A DNA stretch of 248,000 nt from Andalucia godoyi And28 (taxonomy: Eukaryota; Protista; Jakobida), in the NCBI GenBank assembly GCA_009859145.1, contig VRVR01000022.1:20001-268000 (forward strand). Reading direction: 5' to 3'. The translations under genes and the position numbers were made by a program. The notes under the pieces were generated by a model. It was not told the origin of the DNA. It did not search any database and was given only the letters and a program-made list of their open reading frames with translations. Below, piece after piece: positions 1 to 10,823 of the stretch; position 1 is the first letter of the stretch; every line of letters starts with the position of its first letter.

Positions 1-1855
1 TCCCCGGGACATCGTCCATGTCGGTCGTGTAATAGCCGATTCCGACAGGCTGGCAGACACCTTCGTCGCCCACGGGACCAGCAGAAACGCAGCAGTATCC
101 GAGCGGGCACAGGTTGTCAGGCGACCAGCACGGGTTGCTGTCTCGCAGCGACACCTTCCTCAGTGCATTTTTTGAGGTCTGCAAGAGACTGACGGAAGAC
201 GGTGCGTACGGGTTGGAGAACCACAGAGCACGTCCAGAGACCCCGGAGTCCTGCACGACGGTGGGATACACGAGGCTCGAGACGGTCTTCAGAACCTCGG
301 TCTCGGACTGCGGATGAAGCGTGGCTTCAGCAGGGCACGATTGGATGCTGCTGGCGGTCTTGCAATTGAAATTTCGGAACCGGATCAGCGTCTTTGCCTC
401 CACGGACAGCGTTGCTCGACAGAGAGCCAGCGGACGCATGCTCCACTGCGAGCTGCTTTCGAGCACAGATGCAGCAGCACCCCCAGGAGACGTCAGGGAT
501 GTCGCCACGGTCTGCAGAATCCGTGCACTGTCGGACAGCAGTCCATTCAGGCATGCTTGGATTTGCGACACGTTTCCAGGACTGGTGGCCGCCGGGAGAA
601 GACCAGACAGCGCATGCAAAGTGGAGTTCCAAGTCGCCACGCTCTGCAGCGATCGAGTTGTCGTGAGCTCAGAGATGTACGAACAGGCGGCTGCGCTTCC
701 GCCGATTCCGCAGTTATTTTCCAGTGCGAGTGCCTCGGAAATGAGCGAGTCCGCAGCGAAACTCCGAGAAACGGTCGTCACAACCGACCCGAAGAGCAAG
801 AACGTGGATTCAAAGACGTCTGTGAGCACTTGCACGTCGGCTGCGCTGCGCGACGATCCAAGCTGGAGATGCAACGATGCCAAGGATGCGAACACGCCGG
901 AAACGTTTCCTAGAACAGCGGATGGGACCGCACGCACGGTCTTCAGCTGCTCGAGCGTCCAAGACGGGGAAGAGGAGGATGCGCCAAGAACGGTTTGCGT
1001 CACAGAATGCAGCAAGCTCACATTTTGAAAACTGGACTGAACGGAAGAAAGAAGAGAGGTCGCAGCGGAGCAATAGGAGGCATCGCAGGACGCCAGGACT
1101 CGCGAGGTCATGGAACTGGAAACGAACGGAGGAGGGACGAGATGCGAAGAGCCCATCATGGTCACCAGGTGCAACAAATTCGCGCGCGCATCGTCCATCA
1201 ACGCCCGTTCTCGCAGTCGGATCTGCTCCATCCCTTCCTGCCGGTACTCCGCGGTTTGGTTGAGGAACAAGCCCTCCCGTTTCGAAGCGAGGTGCCCAAT
1301 GTCGCCGAACAGTCGAATCGCCTCGATCTCAAACGCGGTCGCATTGGCAAAGTCCAGCAATGCTGCTTTCAACGTCGATGGGAGAGAAACATCGGAGAAT
1401 CTCGGCGAAACGCTGGAGCACGCACCGGTGGTGTAACTCAGACAAGAAGATAGCGGACCGGTGGCATTCATGGCGAGCCTGCTGTCGAACTCGGTGGCAT
1501 TCCAGCTTGGAACGGCGGCATAGCAGTCTTGGAACGGGTCCCACGACCCAATGTACGAAGCATTCGAGTTGCTGTACAACGAACCCACAGAAGATCGCAG
1601 CATTTGCCACGACGGATTCTCGTACTCGAATGCATCTTTGGAGCACAAAACGGAGTCACCCGGCCCTGCAAGGACCGTGGATCCCAGACTCGGCGACCCA
1701 TAATACGGGGTGAACAGTTTGGAAAACGCAGATGAAACGGCAATGGCATGGGCGGCATACTGAAGTGGATCCGCAGCCAAAACAATCATCGACGCACCCC
1801 AGACTGCCACAATGGTCCACACAAGCGCCCAGAAGCAGCAGCACCGCATCCCCAT
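1..1855 (-). CDS. Secreted or surface Cys-rich glycoprotein, 3'-partial (runs off window start)
   Basis: Hand translation from ATG 1855: MGMRCCCFWALVWTIVAVWGASMIVLAADP (signal peptide); in-frame DNLCPLGYCCVSAGPVGDEGVCQPVGIGYY at window edge. Absent from the track because there is no stop; plus-strand ORFs here are shadows. Confidence 0.7.
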   Translation of the reverse strand, partial: MGMRCCCFWALVWTIVAVWGASMIVLAADPLQYAAHAIAVSSAFSKLFTPYYGSPSLGSTVLAGPGDSVLCSKDAFEYENPSWQMLRSSVGSLYSNSNASYIGSWDPFQDCYAAVPSWNATEFDSRLAMNATGPLSSCLSYTTGACSSVSPRFSDVSLPSTLKAALLDFANATAFEIEAIRLFGDIGHLASKREGLFLNQTAEYRQEGMEQIRLRERALMDDARANLLHLVTMMGSSHLVPPPFVSSSMTSRVLASCDASYCSAATSLLSSVQSSFQNVSLLHSVTQTVLGASSSSPSWTLEQLKTVRAVPSAVLGNVSGVFASLASLHLQLGSSRSAADVQVLTDVFESTFLLFGSVVTTVSRSFAADSLISEALALENNCGIGGSAAACSYISELTTTRSLQSVATWNSTLHALSGLLPAATSPGNVSQIQACLNGLLSDSARILQTVATSLTSPGGAAASVLESSSQWSMRPLALCRATLSVEAKTLIRFRNFNCKTASSIQSCPAEATLHPQSETEVLKTVSSLVYPTVVQDSGVSGRALWFSNPYAPSSVSLLQTSKNALRKVSLRDSNPCWSPDNLCPLGYCCVSAGPVGDEGVCQPVGIGYYTTDMDDVPG

Positions 1856-2133
1856 TCCTGCAAAACGACACGGCAGGACTCTTATGGCGTATTTACTATT
1901 ATCTTCTTTGGAAAAGAAAGATGGTGGGGAAAAGCACGCTCATCTGCAACTGGGCCCTCTGCAGAGTTTAGATTTCAGACTGTAGACTGCAACCGAGGAG
2001 ACCAGGAAAAGGATCCAACTCAATGCGGAACCATCACGCGAAAGAAAAGGAAACTATCGCCTGTCGGGGAAACAATTCCCAAATCGGGACAGACAGGCGA
2101 CATTTAAAAAATAAAAACCTGCACTATTCTACT

Positions 2134-4779
2134 CTACGGCTGATGCGCAAAATACGCTTCACGAAAGGCAGCGTCGATGGATGCGCGGTGTTCTTCGTAA
2201 AACTTTGATTGTCGAAGCAGTTTGATGCGATTCACACACGTCTTCCTGTGCTCCTTCCAATGGTTCTGCTGGCAACCCTTGGAACAATAGAAACACACCA
2301 CACATTTTCCGCATACCCGCAACGGAACATCCGTCTCGGTGCACTCTGGATTGGCGCATCGCAAATTCAAGAACGATTTCAAAAGCGACCAAAACTTCGA
2401 CGACGCCATTTCACCCGAGGCATCCGGCTCCGACAGAGGCGGAAAGCTGAAAGACTTGTACGCACGCAACGCGTCTTCCGTCGAGACAAATCCGTCCGGA
2501 GAAAGCATCTGCGTGATCGGGTGGAATGGATTGTCTTCGGGTACGCACATGGGTGCAGTCTGGGTCGCAATGCCGCTCTGTTCCGTCGCAGTCGACCATG
2601 CAGACAGCGGTGGAGACACGCTCATGGACGATGGCCCAGGAGTAGCCAGTGCGACAACACCAGAAACTGAACTGCTACTACCACCACCGACAGGAACAGG
2701 GACATCCAACAATGCTGCTGCTGCTGCTGCCGACGACCCGACAGATGCAGAAGACCCGGAAGGAGCGGTCCCGCTCAATGGAAGCGATTGACGAAGTGTG
2801 TGTTCGCCGACATTCTTCAATCCGAACAAACGAAGTTTGTTGGACGAAACGACTTGCACCGACAAACCATGGTAGAGCAAGACATCCGCAACTCGCTGCG
2901 CTTGGGTCAAGGGCGTCTGCGACGCAGGATCCTGCGATTGGCTGAGCTTCACAATAACGGGCGATTTGAGACAAAACTCTTGGTCGAACCAGGCGGGATT
3001 CATGCTGTCCAAAATGCGAATTTCCTTTTTGCCCGCCAAGTCAAAGTCGGCGTGCCACAGCCGCGTAAAATCCGATGTCTCTGCGTGCTCCGGCCAGCTG
3101 AGCTGATCAAGGTGGAAATAGATCATGTCTGCCGCCGGCTTCACAGGCGTCAGCACAGGAGCGCTTCCCACAGCATACCTGGGAAAGACCAGCCTCGGAT
3201 ACTGCCAGGGGCACTCGGAATAGCCGTCCCACCCGCCGCTTCGCATTCTCTTCATGATCCCGAGCAAGGCTTCGTACGGCTTCCGCAAGCTCGCAGAATT
3301 AACCACAGAGCTGTTGTTCAGACCCCTGTCGAGCGCCAGTCGCGTGTCGTGGCAGTCAGCAAGCTTGTACGCCAGCTCATAGGTCTTTGCATACTCGAAG
3401 AACTGCCCCAGGATTCCATGAACGTGCGCCTTCACGACCAGGAGTTCCGTGAGCTTCGGCTCGATCGACAGCATAGCCTTGCACAACTGGAGGCACTCCA
3501 GTCCCGCTTCAAAGGAGGAAAACGCTGGAGGTGCTCCCTCCAGCACCCCTGCTCTGTGAAAGAGATCGTTCCGCATCCCCATGAACCTCGACATGAGAGC
3601 CTCGCGATCCGTTGGATTCGCCTCGAGCTGCAGATTGCCCAGCACCGAGGTTTCCAGCATCCGCAGAATGGTCTTGATCAGCGCCACCTCCGTGTGCTTT
3701 GAAATATCCTCGGCACGATACTTGTGGGAGTAGTAGGGCGAGTCGTGGATGTATCGCGTCTGGATGCATCTCCTGCATAGCGGTGTCTCCTCGATGATCG
3801 TCGACTCGTAGAACAGAGTGTCCTCCAGATACTCCTGGCAGCACATGCAAAAATGCCTGAAGCTCTTCCGCTTCGAATCCCACACCGTGAATGGCACAGG
3901 CAAATGCCGGGTGGCTTCCACCTGCACTTGCAGTTGGTCGGACTCTTGTTGTGAAATTGCTGGCGTTGGCGTGCGACCAAATTTTGCAGTCATGATGGGA
4001 TGCATGGGCACCCACAGCATCGGATGCGGGCCGTACAGCTTGGTCAGTTTGAGCGCGTGTGCCAGTTGCGCAGATTTTAGGTTCGCCTTCACGGCCGCCA
4101 GCGTCTCAAACTTGGACGGATCGCGGTGCGACGGATGATTTTCCACGCCTTGCTGGTACGACATCATCCCCAGCCGTTGGTCGTAGAAATACAGCAAATG
4201 CCGAGGAATCACCCATTCTTCGAGCTGGACAATATTTTCTATCTTCTGCACAAAAAACTCCTTGATCAGTCGGATGTACTCTGCAGACTGCGACGGCAAC
4301 TCCTTCTTGGAAGTCGTTTTCAGCGTCGCCGAAGGTTCCGCAAGGTACAAGCACTTGATCTGGAGCAGCTCGAAGTCGGGAGACGTGACAGACAGTGCCA
4401 CGGACTCCGGATCCCAGAACCCGTTTTTTGACAGTTCCTCCAGAATCGACGCATGCGTCACGAAATCCAGAGCCGCTTTGCGCTGCTTGGGCGATCGCTG
4501 ATGCCACATCAGCCCCAGTGTGTTGGTGCAAATGGGTGAAAACGTCGGATGCACACAGTTGAAAGCGAGGCATTCGCTGGATGTCGCTGTGCTTGCGAGA
4601 GAGTACGGCTGCGGCGGTGGCATTACCAGCGATTCCTCGAATGCACGTGTGCTCGCGCTCGCCTTGGGGGACGGTGACGACAACGGTGCCGACTGGGCTG
4701 GTTGGACTGGTTGGGCCGGTGCGGGCCCAGGAGCGGACGAAGCGCTGCCATGCTTTTTGGCTTTTCCTTTCTTTGTCAT
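2134..4779 (-). CDS. MYND zinc-finger protein
   Basis: C-terminal CANPECT..CGKC..FYCSKGCQQNHWKEHRKTC; likely start MTKKGKAKK. Confidence 0.8.
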   Translation of the reverse strand: MTKKGKAKKHGSASSAPGPAPAQPVQPAQSAPLSSPSPKASASTRAFEESLVMPPPQPYSLASTATSSECLAFNCVHPTFSPICTNTLGLMWHQRSPKQRKAALDFVTHASILEELSKNGFWDPESVALSVTSPDFELLQIKCLYLAEPSATLKTTSKKELPSQSAEYIRLIKEFFVQKIENIVQLEEWVIPRHLLYFYDQRLGMMSYQQGVENHPSHRDPSKFETLAAVKANLKSAQLAHALKLTKLYGPHPMLWVPMHPIMTAKFGRTPTPAISQQESDQLQVQVEATRHLPVPFTVWDSKRKSFRHFCMCCQEYLEDTLFYESTIIEETPLCRRCIQTRYIHDSPYYSHKYRAEDISKHTEVALIKTILRMLETSVLGNLQLEANPTDREALMSRFMGMRNDLFHRAGVLEGAPPAFSSFEAGLECLQLCKAMLSIEPKLTELLVVKAHVHGILGQFFEYAKTYELAYKLADCHDTRLALDRGLNNSSVVNSASLRKPYEALLGIMKRMRSGGWDGYSECPWQYPRLVFPRYAVGSAPVLTPVKPAADMIYFHLDQLSWPEHAETSDFTRLWHADFDLAGKKEIRILDSMNPAWFDQEFCLKSPVIVKLSQSQDPASQTPLTQAQRVADVLLYHGLSVQVVSSNKLRLFGLKNVGEHTLRQSLPLSGTAPSGSSASVGSSAAAAAALLDVPVPVGGGSSSSVSGVVALATPGPSSMSVSPPLSAWSTATEQSGIATQTAPMCVPEDNPFHPITQMLSPDGFVSTEDALRAYKSFSFPPLSEPDASGEMASSKFWSLLKSFLNLRCANPECTETDVPLRVCGKCVVCFYCSKGCQQNHWKEHRKTCVNRIKLLRQSKFYEEHRASIDAAFREAYFAHQP

Positions 4780-5172
4780 GAAATCGGTCGATGGCTGTGT
4801 TTGGTGTTGGTGGTCGATCAAGGATGCTCTGTCGTGGAGAATGCTTCGCCAATCACGAGGCATTCAGAAGAATTTGTCCTTGCAACATGAGTGGATTTAT
4901 GGTGTGTTCGTACAGCGGGTGAGGGGCAGTAGTACACTTTTGCAGGGAGGGCGGCAGCTGATATATTTTTATGTCCAATGCGCAGCATACCAACACCGCA
5001 CACGCCTCTGGTAATAAGCCAACGATATAACAGAGACAGAGACAGAGAGACAGAGACAGAGACAGAGAGACAGAGACAGAGACAGAGACAGAGAGGCGGA
5101 AAACATGAAGGCGAGTGAATAAATAAATAAATAAAAATAGAAAAACGGAAAACAAAACATTGAGCACAAAGG

Positions 5173-6972
5173 TCACGCTTGCGGAGTGAGCCTCGAGGTC
5201 AAAAGCGCAATTATTCCATCCCGATGTGCCAACTGTGCTTCAAGACTCGCAATTTTGGACGCCGCAATCTGCAAGATCTGCATCTGCTCAATCCACGCTT
5301 TGACCAGCGTTACATTCGGCACAGAATATGCGAACACGTCGTTGCCATTCGCGTCGGGCTGAAGATCCCAAAACAGCAAGATACCCGCGGCAGTGCTGCT
5401 GCTGCTGTCCTGCACAATCATCCAGCTTCCCCTTTCTGATAACGTTCCGACACAAGCGTCCGCAACATCAAACACAAACAACCCGCCTCTCGACGACGCC
5501 AGACAAACTGAGCTATTCCAGAGCGCAGCGTCGATCCACAGCGCGCCTTGCACGTTCTGGCACACGGTGCACATTAGCGCACCCAACTCAATGTCGTATA
5601 TATTCACTTTTCCGTCGACGGCTGTGGATGCGACAAGTCCCCTGGACTTGCCCTTGCTGAAAAACACCTTCTGAACCGACATGGTGTGGTTCACGCACAC
5701 GTGCTTGCACTCTCCGGACTGAATATCCCATATCCGCAGCGAGTAGTCGTCGGACACGCTGACCACGAGATTTCCATCCGGCGAGAACTTCGAATCAAAG
5801 ATGAAGGACGTGTGTCCCGAGAACCGTCGCAGCAGAACCCCGGTCAGCGCATCCCACAGACCGATGAACAGCGCGGGAGCCTCCATTCCCAGCGCAAGCA
5901 CACGTCCATCTGGGCAGAAAAACAAGTCAAACATCGTGTAGGACACCGCGCGAAGCGAATGCACGGGGCCCGATGCTGTGGACAGCGGGTCGAAAAACTT
6001 CACCGCGCCTTCGTCAGGACATGAGATCGACAACAGCTGCGCATCTCGAGAGAACGTGGGTCGATCAATCCACGAAAACTGGGACGCCTGGAAGGACGCA
6101 AAGGGCGCACTCAGCAGATTTTCGCTGTCTGCGGAGCCAGTGGAGTTGGAAGGAGTATACAGCTGGACCACTCCTGCGAGAGTGCCGACTGCGAGTATGG
6201 AGCACGCTCCAACCGTCGGTGAGAATGAAATCGACGAAATCACGGTTCCCGGACATGCAGGATATGCGACACATGTGACGGGGCTTCGCGATCGTGGAGA
6301 AACGGAGCTCGCAATCGTCGTCGTCGTCGTCGTCGTCGTCGCACCAGCACCAGCACCAGCACCAGCAATAGGGTTCGAGGGACTGGTGTTTCCAGCGCAG
6401 TGTGCGGTCGGAGAGGTAGAGGAGCTCGAATGCGAGTCTTCGCGGTCGGTTGTCTTTGGCTCGGCGATGACGAGTTCAGACCCCGAGTTTGATTTTGGAG
6501 ACGTCGAAAACCCAGAAGGCGACATAGAGATCGAAGTCGAGGTTGTCCCCGATGAGGAGGACGATGACGAGAAGGACGCCAGCGAAGCAGCAGTGGACGA
6601 TGTGTTGGTGCTGCCAGAATAGAACACCATGGCTAGCGACTGTGATTGCGCAGACGGATTGGAGAATGGATTGGACGGACTTCGCGGAAGAAGCGGTGTG
6701 AATAGCCGCAGCGACCCGTCTCGGAACCCCGCTGCAACTTGCCCACCGTCGCGAATGGTAATGCAAGTAACGGCTGACGAAATAAAGTTCTCGGGTGGAT
6801 GCGGGGGCTGGTGGATCGCCTGGAGACTCGACATCGGGATGCTGATTCGATACACGGATATACCTGAACCGGTGTGAAGAACCGAAAACGCCGGCGTTTT
6901 TGAATGAGAATTCGGCGACAATGCAAAAAGCTCAGTGAGCACCGAACGCAAGAGAATGGCGGAAAGCACCAT
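5173..6972 (-). CDS. WD40-repeat protein
   Basis: GHTSFIFDSKFSPDGNLVVSVSDDYSLRIWD and similar repeats. Confidence 0.8.
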   Translation of the reverse strand: MVLSAILLRSVLTELFALSPNSHSKTPAFSVLHTGSGISVYRISIPMSSLQAIHQPPHPPENFISSAVTCITIRDGGQVAAGFRDGSLRLFTPLLPRSPSNPFSNPSAQSQSLAMVFYSGSTNTSSTAASLASFSSSSSSSGTTSTSISMSPSGFSTSPKSNSGSELVIAEPKTTDREDSHSSSSTSPTAHCAGNTSPSNPIAGAGAGAGATTTTTTTTIASSVSPRSRSPVTCVAYPACPGTVISSISFSPTVGACSILAVGTLAGVVQLYTPSNSTGSADSENLLSAPFASFQASQFSWIDRPTFSRDAQLLSISCPDEGAVKFFDPLSTASGPVHSLRAVSYTMFDLFFCPDGRVLALGMEAPALFIGLWDALTGVLLRRFSGHTSFIFDSKFSPDGNLVVSVSDDYSLRIWDIQSGECKHVCVNHTMSVQKVFFSKGKSRGLVASTAVDGKVNIYDIELGALMCTVCQNVQGALWIDAALWNSSVCLASSRGGLFVFDVADACVGTLSERGSWMIVQDSSSSTAAGILLFWDLQPDANGNDVFAYSVPNVTLVKAWIEQMQILQIAASKIASLEAQLAHRDGIIALLTSRLTPQA

Positions 6973-7613
6973 GTTTAATTGCTGGAGCAGCCAGACAAAT
7001 CAAGACACTACAATACTCTATCTTCTACACTCTATGCTGATTTTCGTAGTTTAAATGTTTTAAACAAAACAAGAACCGAAAACAAAAAAACAGGTGATAA
7101 CTGGTCGAGGCGGCAATCGACTGGCAGCAACGGAAGAAAGCAAAACAAAAAGGTTCGGCATGGAATGTCCCAGAATGTGGAAAATAGTCGAGGGAAGCAG
7201 CACGATGTGAACCGGCGGAGCATTTGGGGCAGCACTGGTAGGACGGTGGAAAAAACCCGCAACGGAGCATCGCCCTGCAAATGGAAGGATTGACCTGCTG
7301 TGATGTCGGAACAATCCAGCAAAGCGACGGAGAGACAAAGGCTGCGGGTAATCGTCAAGTCGTAAGTAGGTGATGGGTGATGGGTGGTGGGTGATGGGTG
7401 ATGGAGGTCGTCCTGTGGCTTTGGGCAGCTGTCTCACATCGACGGGAACGACACGTAGCACAGTCTTCCAGATCGCAGAGAAGAAGAAGCCAGCAGGACA
7501 TCGACACGCTTCACAAGCAAAAAAGGTTAAAGAGCTGAGAGGTCCATCCACACACAGCGAAAGTTTAATGATCATTTACAATGCAAAAGATCCCGCAGTG
7601 CTTCACACGAAAA

Positions 7614-7615
<2 letters not shown>

Positions 7616-7660
<45 letters not shown>

Positions 7661-7712
7661 CACACACATGCACACACACACACACACACATGCACACACA
7701 TGTACATGCACA
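7616..7712. repeat. (CA)n microsatellite
   Basis: Direct reading; representative of many intergenic CA/GA/GTT/TAA tracts. Confidence 0.95.
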
Positions 7713-7834
7713 CCTGCTCTTGATGGATGGAGAACGAGTTGGGTGCATCAATCGCAATTTTCAAACTCCGCCAGTGCTTTCTGTCGGCCAACGAAACAAT
7801 CCTATCACCGTCTCCCCGCTCCTTGCCCGATGGC

Positions 7835-8344
7835 TCAAGCAAAGGCCTGCAAGAATTCCTTTGCGACTACACGTGCTCGTCCGTTGACAGCAAGCTTCAT
7901 TTCCTTGATTTCCTTGTCGATTTCCTCGACGAACTGGATGATAAAGTCGACGATCTTGTTTCGGACCATTTGTTCGAGGTGGAAATTCGTGATGAGGATC
8001 GAGATGTCGTACCCTTGGATTGGCTTTCTGCGCAAAACCACAAAGTTTTCTGCGCGCTGCTGCAAAAAGCGCATAAACTTCGCAGCGAGAATGACTTCCA
8101 CGTCGTCGGACTTCTTCACCGCGATCGAAACTCGCACAGAGTTCACCGACGGTTCGATCAGCACTCGCTCGTCACCATCTCGCGCCACGACCAAGGGCCG
8201 CAACAGAAGCTCGGAACACGCAGCCCACTCAATCTCTGGCTTGTTGTGCCGCTCGACGAGAATCGAGGGGAAGTTCGTGATGCTCAGCGCTGCCTCGAGA
8301 GTCGCGCGGATTGCATCATGATACGGCTTGGCGGCTGTCGACAT
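7835..8344 (-). CDS. ARPC4: Arp2/3 complex subunit 4 (p20)
   Basis: [62 protein letters not shown]. Confidence 0.95.
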   Translation of the reverse strand: MSTAAKPYHDAIRATLEAALSITNFPSILVERHNKPEIEWAACSELLLRPLVVARDGDERVLIEPSVNSVRVSIAVKKSDDVEVILAAKFMRFLQQRAENFVVLRRKPIQGYDISILITNFHLEQMVRNKIVDFIIQFVEEIDKEIKEMKLAVNGRARVVAKEFLQAFA

Positions 8345-8749
8345 ATTTCCGATCTTTCAAAAAAACCTCCTCTCTACTGTGTTTTTTCTTCTTCTTCTTT
8401 TCTTTTTTTGCAAAAGGAAATAAGAAACAATTCTTTAATTATTATTATTTTGTGGGCGCACGTGTGCGTGTGAGCGAGTGTGTCGACAAGGCCTGTTGGG
8501 AACGAAGTCCGTATCACGCAAGCGTAAACATGCCATGCAGGACACGTACAGCGGTTTTCTTCCACTGCAGTTTTTTCGAAGCTCCGTTCCTAACCGCTGC
8601 AAACACCACTTCCGACGTCCGATTGTTCTCTCCGTTTAACTCGATTTATAAAAAAACAGAACACAACGCAGAAACATTCGCACACACGAGGAAAGCAGTA
8701 CAGTGCAATTAATCGTGGAAGCAAAGCAAAAAAGAGAAAGCCTGGGAAT

Positions 8750-9463
8750 ATGGCGAGACGAGCAGCGACGGAGGACCCCGTTGTCCTGTATGACATCTAC
8801 GAGGACTATCTGGACGCAAACATCTCTGCAGACGACATGAAGTACCTTGGCGATCGCGAGGTGTGCCGGTCGCTACTGGAAGTCGGCTACCGATCCCTGG
8901 ACATGGTCTCTCGAGCAGAGTTCAACACAAAGAAGCGCGAACTGCAGACTGCGCTTCAGAAAAAGGCTTCGGGGGTGTCTCTCGATCCGGACCAGGTCGC
9001 GCTGGCGCATTCCGGGGCGCACCTGGAGTCGTTCCCGCTTCTTTCGGCGCTGGCAGACCGAGAAGAGCTCGTGAGAAACGGGCGGCTGTCATGCATCATC
9101 TTCATTCGAGACGTGGACGCGAAGGGCCACGAAGTGTCGGGATACATCGACTACGCACATCGGCTGAAGCAGGAGGATTTTGGACAGTACTTCCACGGAC
9201 ACAAGAAGCTGCTGCCCAAAACCACCGATCTGAGCTTTTTCAACTGGGACACGCAGTCCATGGCACACCAGTCGAGTCCGAACTGGACCGTCGTCGCCGA
9301 AGGTGGCGTCCAGGGGCTCATGTTCAAGCACAAAAAGGATCGAAAAGTCGTTTGCGTCGACCCCAAAACGCCACCGGGCGACAACTCTCGACGCGTCGTC
9401 CTCGAGTCTTCCGAATACATACAGGCTGTCATTTACGACCACGTCACCCGAAGAAAGAATTAG
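8750..9463 (+). CDS. CFAP299: Cilia- and flagella-associated protein 299 (DUF4464)
   Basis: YEDYLD..DMKYL, REELVRNGRLSCIIFIRD, SGYIDYAHRLK, FKHKKDRK. Confidence 0.85.
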   Translation: MARRAATEDPVVLYDIYEDYLDANISADDMKYLGDREVCRSLLEVGYRSLDMVSRAEFNTKKRELQTALQKKASGVSLDPDQVALAHSGAHLESFPLLSALADREELVRNGRLSCIIFIRDVDAKGHEVSGYIDYAHRLKQEDFGQYFHGHKKLLPKTTDLSFFNWDTQSMAHQSSPNWTVVAEGGVQGLMFKHKKDRKVVCVDPKTPPGDNSRRVVLESSEYIQAVIYDHVTRRKN

Positions 9464-9761
9464 CACGGGAAGCACGAGGGCAAAGCGCCCTGTCACTCTG
9501 TCAACTGCATCATTAATTTAAAATATTCCCAAAAAATGGGGGAAAAAACACCAGGAAGCGACTGTAACGGCTGTTTACTTTGCCCGCCGAAAAGCACTGA
9601 CGGACTTTTTTTGTGGAAAAGGGAAAAAGCAGCCGAGTGCCGATTTTGGATCGTTGAACGTTTCGATAAGTTGGGCTTTCTCCTTCAGAAGAGTGTTCTG
9701 TAATTATTAGTGAGAATTTCAAGAAAAGAAAAAGAAAAAAAAGAAAAAAAAATAGCGAGAT

Positions 9762-10583
9762 ATGAATTCTGCAATGGACGTTCCAAAGAATGCAGATGAG
9801 CAATTTGCGTATGGATTGCGGATATTGCAGCGAGCATTTTCGCTGAAAACCGAGTCGATGGACGCGGATATGTCGAAGTTCAAATCGATGTTTTCCGAGC
9901 AAAAGGCTGTTGTGTCGTCGCTGGAAGACCGTATTCGATCTCTTGAAGAGGACCTTAGCCTTTCCAATGCGAAGAACAAGCAGCTGATCTCTGAAAAGTC
10001 CGCGCTGATTCAGGAAAATGAAAATCTGCATGCTGCACTCAAGAAGACGCAGCGCGACGCAGCACAACTGAACCAGTTCCGGTCCGTCATCATCTCGTCG
10101 CTTCACGAAACCGACGTTGCAGATGCGGCGTTTGCGAACCCGTCTTCGGGGAGAGGAGCTGCATTGGGAAATTCCTCAGCGACGTTTGGACTGCACTATT
10201 CTCCCGAGTCGCTTGTTTCGCTGTCGGCAACGACGAATCCGTCGCCGCCGACGATGCACGCTGGGAGCTCGCATCACGGCGGCGGCCTTGGAAGTGGTGG
10301 AGCGTCGACTGGCGATTACTCGGGAATGGGCGCATCTGCACACGGGTCGAATGCGTTTGGAAGCGGTGGGGGAGCCGTGGACGGCAAAGAGTTCTTTAGA
10401 CTTGCAAGATCGCGATTGGACTACGCAGCGTTCCAGGAGTTTCTGGGCTTGATCAAAAAGCTGAATAATAGGTCATCGACAAAGGCAGAAACCCTGGGAC
10501 ATGCTCGGTCCATCTTTCTCGGTGCTGGTCACGAGGACCTCTTTTTCCAGTTTGAGAAGCTTCTCGAGAATCATCGGGACTGA
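9762..10583 (+). CDS. Coiled-coil protein, At4g15545-like
   Basis: C-terminal VDGKEFFRLARSRLDY..FQEFL..IKKLN motif; N-terminal coiled coil. Confidence 0.7.
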   Translation: MNSAMDVPKNADEQFAYGLRILQRAFSLKTESMDADMSKFKSMFSEQKAVVSSLEDRIRSLEEDLSLSNAKNKQLISEKSALIQENENLHAALKKTQRDAAQLNQFRSVIISSLHETDVADAAFANPSSGRGAALGNSSATFGLHYSPESLVSLSATTNPSPPTMHAGSSHHGGGLGSGGASTGDYSGMGASAHGSNAFGSGGGAVDGKEFFRLARSRLDYAAFQEFLGLIKKLNNRSSTKAETLGHARSIFLGAGHEDLFFQFEKLLENHRD

Positions 10584-10823
10584 CTGAGTGCTGTATTTTT
10601 TCATATTTTTTCATATTTTTTTATATATTTTTTTCTGGCAGAAAACCGATGCGCAGCATTTTAAAACATTTCGTGTTGAATCTTATTCGTTTGCATAATT
10701 TACATGTTGTGTGGAGATTTCAATAAATTTTCTTTTTTTTTCTTTTTTTTTGCTTCTTCAACAAGGGCATCGCGCACACTCGGTCTGGCCGTCGGAAAAA
10801 CAAAACAGAATGCTTCCTCTTTC

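Noticed and set aside
114-1790. Numerous track ORFs at the window start, and generally those opposite real genes
   Set aside because: Antisense or off-frame shadows of GC-rich coding sequence.
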